64,000 nt of DNA from an uncultured Victivallales bacterium (GTDB lineage: Bacteria > Verrucomicrobiota > Kiritimatiellia > UBA8416), in contig CAZSRU010000003.1 in assembly GCA_964609395.1 (NCBI GenBank), positions 19,635-83,634 on the forward strand. The letters are read 5' to 3'. The notes under the pieces were generated by a model. That model was not told the origin of the DNA, made no database searches, and saw nothing but the letters and a program-made list of their open reading frames with translations. The position numbers and the translations under genes are program-made. Positions 60,201 through 64,000 of this stretch are shown piece by piece. Numbering within the stretch: the stretch's first letter is position 1; each line of letters opens with the position of its first letter.

Positions 60201-61200
60201 GCGGGTGACGGTGACCAATGCCGGCAATGCCGACCTGGTCTGGCAGACGGCGAATGCACGGCATGACGCGGTTGATGCCGACCCGGCGGGATGGACGCAC
60301 GGCGGTTTGTCGAGCCAGTGGCATGTCTCTACTCGCGAGTCGTACTCCGGGCCCTTCTCCTGGTTCTGTGGCGATGAGCAGGGGGCTGGCTACAACAATT
60401 GGATGGATGCATCGCTCGATACCCCGCCGGTTCTCCTAGGGGGTGATGCGAGGCTGCGCTTCATGCACTGGGCCGAGATGGAATACGACGGCCGCCCCGG
60501 TTTCGCGAACTATTACTGGGATGGCGCGGTCGTCGAGATCTCGCGGAATGGCGGGGTTACTTTCGAGTCGATCGCGCCGGTTGGCGGCTATCCTTACCGG
60601 ATCACCCCCAACGATGACTCTCCCTTCGCGTATCACCGTCCCTGTCTCGGGGGGATGACCGGCGGATGGGAGGCGGTCGAGTTCGATCTGGCGGCTTATG
60701 CCGGCGAGACGGTGCAGGTGCGTTTCCGCTTCGGGACGGACGGTTACGTGACCTCGCGCGGCTGGTTCGTGGATGACATCACCTTCTCGTGGGGAACGCC
60801 CTGGCTGGTGGCACCGGCAGGCGGCAGCGTGGCTGCCGGGACGAGCGCGGTGGTGGAACTGCGGCTGGATGCCGGGGCACTGGCACCGGGGACGTATCGC
60901 GGCGGCTGGACGGCGGTCTGCAACGCGCCGGGATTCGCCTGGTTCGGCGTGCCGGTCACGCTCCAGGTTTCGGCGGAAACCACGATGCGACTGGATACGG
61001 AGGATGCGGGGCAGTTCGTGCTGACCTGGCCCAGCCAGGCAGGGCGGACGTATCACTTGTCGTCCGGGACGGGGCTTGTGGACTGGGCCGGCGTCCCCGG
61101 TTTCACGAACATGCCGGGCCAGACGGGCTTCATGTCCTACACCGGCACGATCGAATCCCTGCCGAAGAAGTTCTACCGCATCCAGGAAACACAGCCGTAG
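57277..61200 (+). CDS. Exported S8 (subtilisin-like) serine peptidase with multiple C-terminal accessory domains
   Basis: N-terminal hydrophobic leader, propeptide (AEPDY), triad FDTG / HGTHVAG / GTSMATPHVAG, DSDGDGLPDWWE and DPDGDGFTN repeats, jelly-roll domain (HWAEME, WDGAVVEIS, VRFRFGTD..GWFVDDI), tail LTWPSQAGRTY..KFYRI. Start may be the GTG at 57271. Confidence 0.9.
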   Translation: MRRIVIPAVLLAAVIGWRIGWRPLWQARSAPIPSPAAGVEQSAAAVPVAPPGAALPLVLPLKGGPSRALSGGVPSAAASPATAPVAAGETYVREYLADATGKFGVLRVEERWRRTADPAAGDQFLGRTTMAGDHVMVQLREGRTQADLEKTLRRHGLRLRSVLAAPRGFLVAVEEADAGTVPYLVRLLSDDPSVGIAEPDYVYTISETRPDDPRYGSLWGMEKIGMPRVWDSLTGTGGVVVAVFDTGMDLMHPDLAANLWINPGEIDGNGFDDDGNVYTDDVSGWDFYDDDNDPSDAQQHGTHVAGTVGAVGNNGIGVTGVGWNIRLLPIKFFGLNSAGQLEGYASDATSGMYYVIDLARRGVPVRVTSHSWGGTSESLMLKDAFRIAGLYGVLHVAAAGNGYGVERDNDLYPHYPASFDLNNVVAVANTTASDGLSSGSYYGAASVDLGAPGENILSAVPGGGYGTKTGTSMATPHVAGALALLFDLYPGMSWQEARALLFAGVEPLASLSGRCTTGGRLDVYKLFAQIDTRILHEPLQNSETGNTAFRVEALLRPGVSFVDTNRVQVLWNMSGSTNTFTTNLMTHAGGNRFEAWLPGKPQGTAIYYMIRVETPEGAVSTHPADAPASLHRFDITYPVPLSVYGYPGYYGVVSPAYGAGTAAWGSVVEATAPAFTVPSGGWRWRCDGWDGAGSVPLSGSTNRVVFEIREQSYLLWWWREQVALTQVSDPPGIVNSVSWTDAGVAAGTGKAPETALVGGVLFAFTGWEIDGARFPDQSAPSLNPAIPLTRHVPQTAVARYLPANQDSDGDGLPDWWELFYFNHLSHDGSADPDGDGFTNSREFADQSNPTDGSSVPVGPVILHEPLPATVGSPTPWRIEASITDRVEVEIAILHWQRNGGAWNERRMALDGGLYVASIPAPDTPGDAFAYRIEAVDKAGNASVSPTFAFTVRYPLLSYAPGSATLATGMGGSAVLRVTVTNAGNADLVWQTANARHDAVDADPAGWTHGGLSSQWHVSTRESYSGPFSWFCGDEQGAGYNNWMDASLDTPPVLLGGDARLRFMHWAEMEYDGRPGFANYYWDGAVVEISRNGGVTFESIAPVGGYPYRITPNDDSPFAYHRPCLGGMTGGWEAVEFDLAAYAGETVQVRFRFGTDGYVTSRGWFVDDITFSWGTPWLVAPAGGSVAAGTSAVVELRLDAGALAPGTYRGGWTAVCNAPGFAWFGVPVTLQVSAETTMRLDTEDAGQFVLTWPSQAGRTYHLSSGTGLVDWAGVPGFTNMPGQTGFMSYTGTIESLPKKFYRIQETQP

Positions 61201-61204
61201 GCTG

Positions 61205-61241
61205 GGGTAAAGTCGAAATTTGGAAAGTCGAAAGTCGAAAT
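61205..61241 (+). repeat. GGGTAAAGTCGAAA family repeat, copy 3
   Basis: gggtaaagtcgaaatttggaaagtcgaaagtcgaaat between the convergent S8 and ligA stop codons. Confidence 0.85.
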
Positions 61242-61256
61242 CGCCAGACCTCCCGC

Positions 61257-63955
<2,699 letters not shown>

Positions 63956-63962
<7 letters not shown>

Positions 63963-64000
63963 CCAACCGTTTTGATGTATTCCTCATCGCACTCGACCCA
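63956..64000 (+). CDS. mazF: MazF/PemK-family toxin, N-terminus only (runs off the window)
   Basis: MVTNRFDVFLIALDP... overlapping the antitoxin stop. This resembles the typical PemK start (RFDVYLVNLDP). Confidence 0.75.

Overview
This is a GC-rich, mostly housekeeping bacterial chromosome segment. It probably comes from a PVC-superphylum organism (Kiritimatiellae/Verrucomicrobia/Lentisphaerae-like). That assignment is an inference from mcsA-mcsB-clpC without ctsR, a Chlamydia/Bacteroidetes-type V-ATPase gene set, LPS Kdo transferase, and an S8 protease with DSDGDGLPDWWE repeats. Content from start to end: pstA(partial)-pstB; mcsA-mcsB-clpC-FAD oxidase-mutM; orphan parA with a hypothetical; a surface-glycan cluster; MATE; Ser/Thr kinase-TM-LRR receptor; nifU-nifS-metX/metW fusion-cysE; rpmH-rnpA-yidD-yidC; gpsA; EF-hand membrane protein plus a 2119-aa exported macroglobulin-like protein; sorE-like dehydrogenase; waaA-ettA-beta-CASP nuclease-mlaF-mlaD-HPr; a long minus-strand run tRNA-Val, GAF/degenerate GGDEF, V-ATPase E-C-A-B-D-I-K, GT-like gene, dtd; S8 protease; ligA; mazE-mazF(partial). 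I found no CRISPR array, integrase or transposase. The most interesting signals are: (1) a catalytically degenerate GGDEF protein that keeps its RxxD c-di-GMP site and is coupled to the head of a predicted Na+ V-ATPase operon; (2) a non-RD (HCD) kinase-TM-LRR receptor, followed by a 33-codon SGNH hydrolase remnant; (3) the uncharacterised EF-hand/giant macroglobulin-like gene pair; (4) an in-frame pyruvyltransferase::GT2 fusion with an internal start; (5) several families of short-period (6/7/9-nt) intergenic repeats and REP-like hairpins. All domain calls come from reading motifs by eye; no database searches were run.
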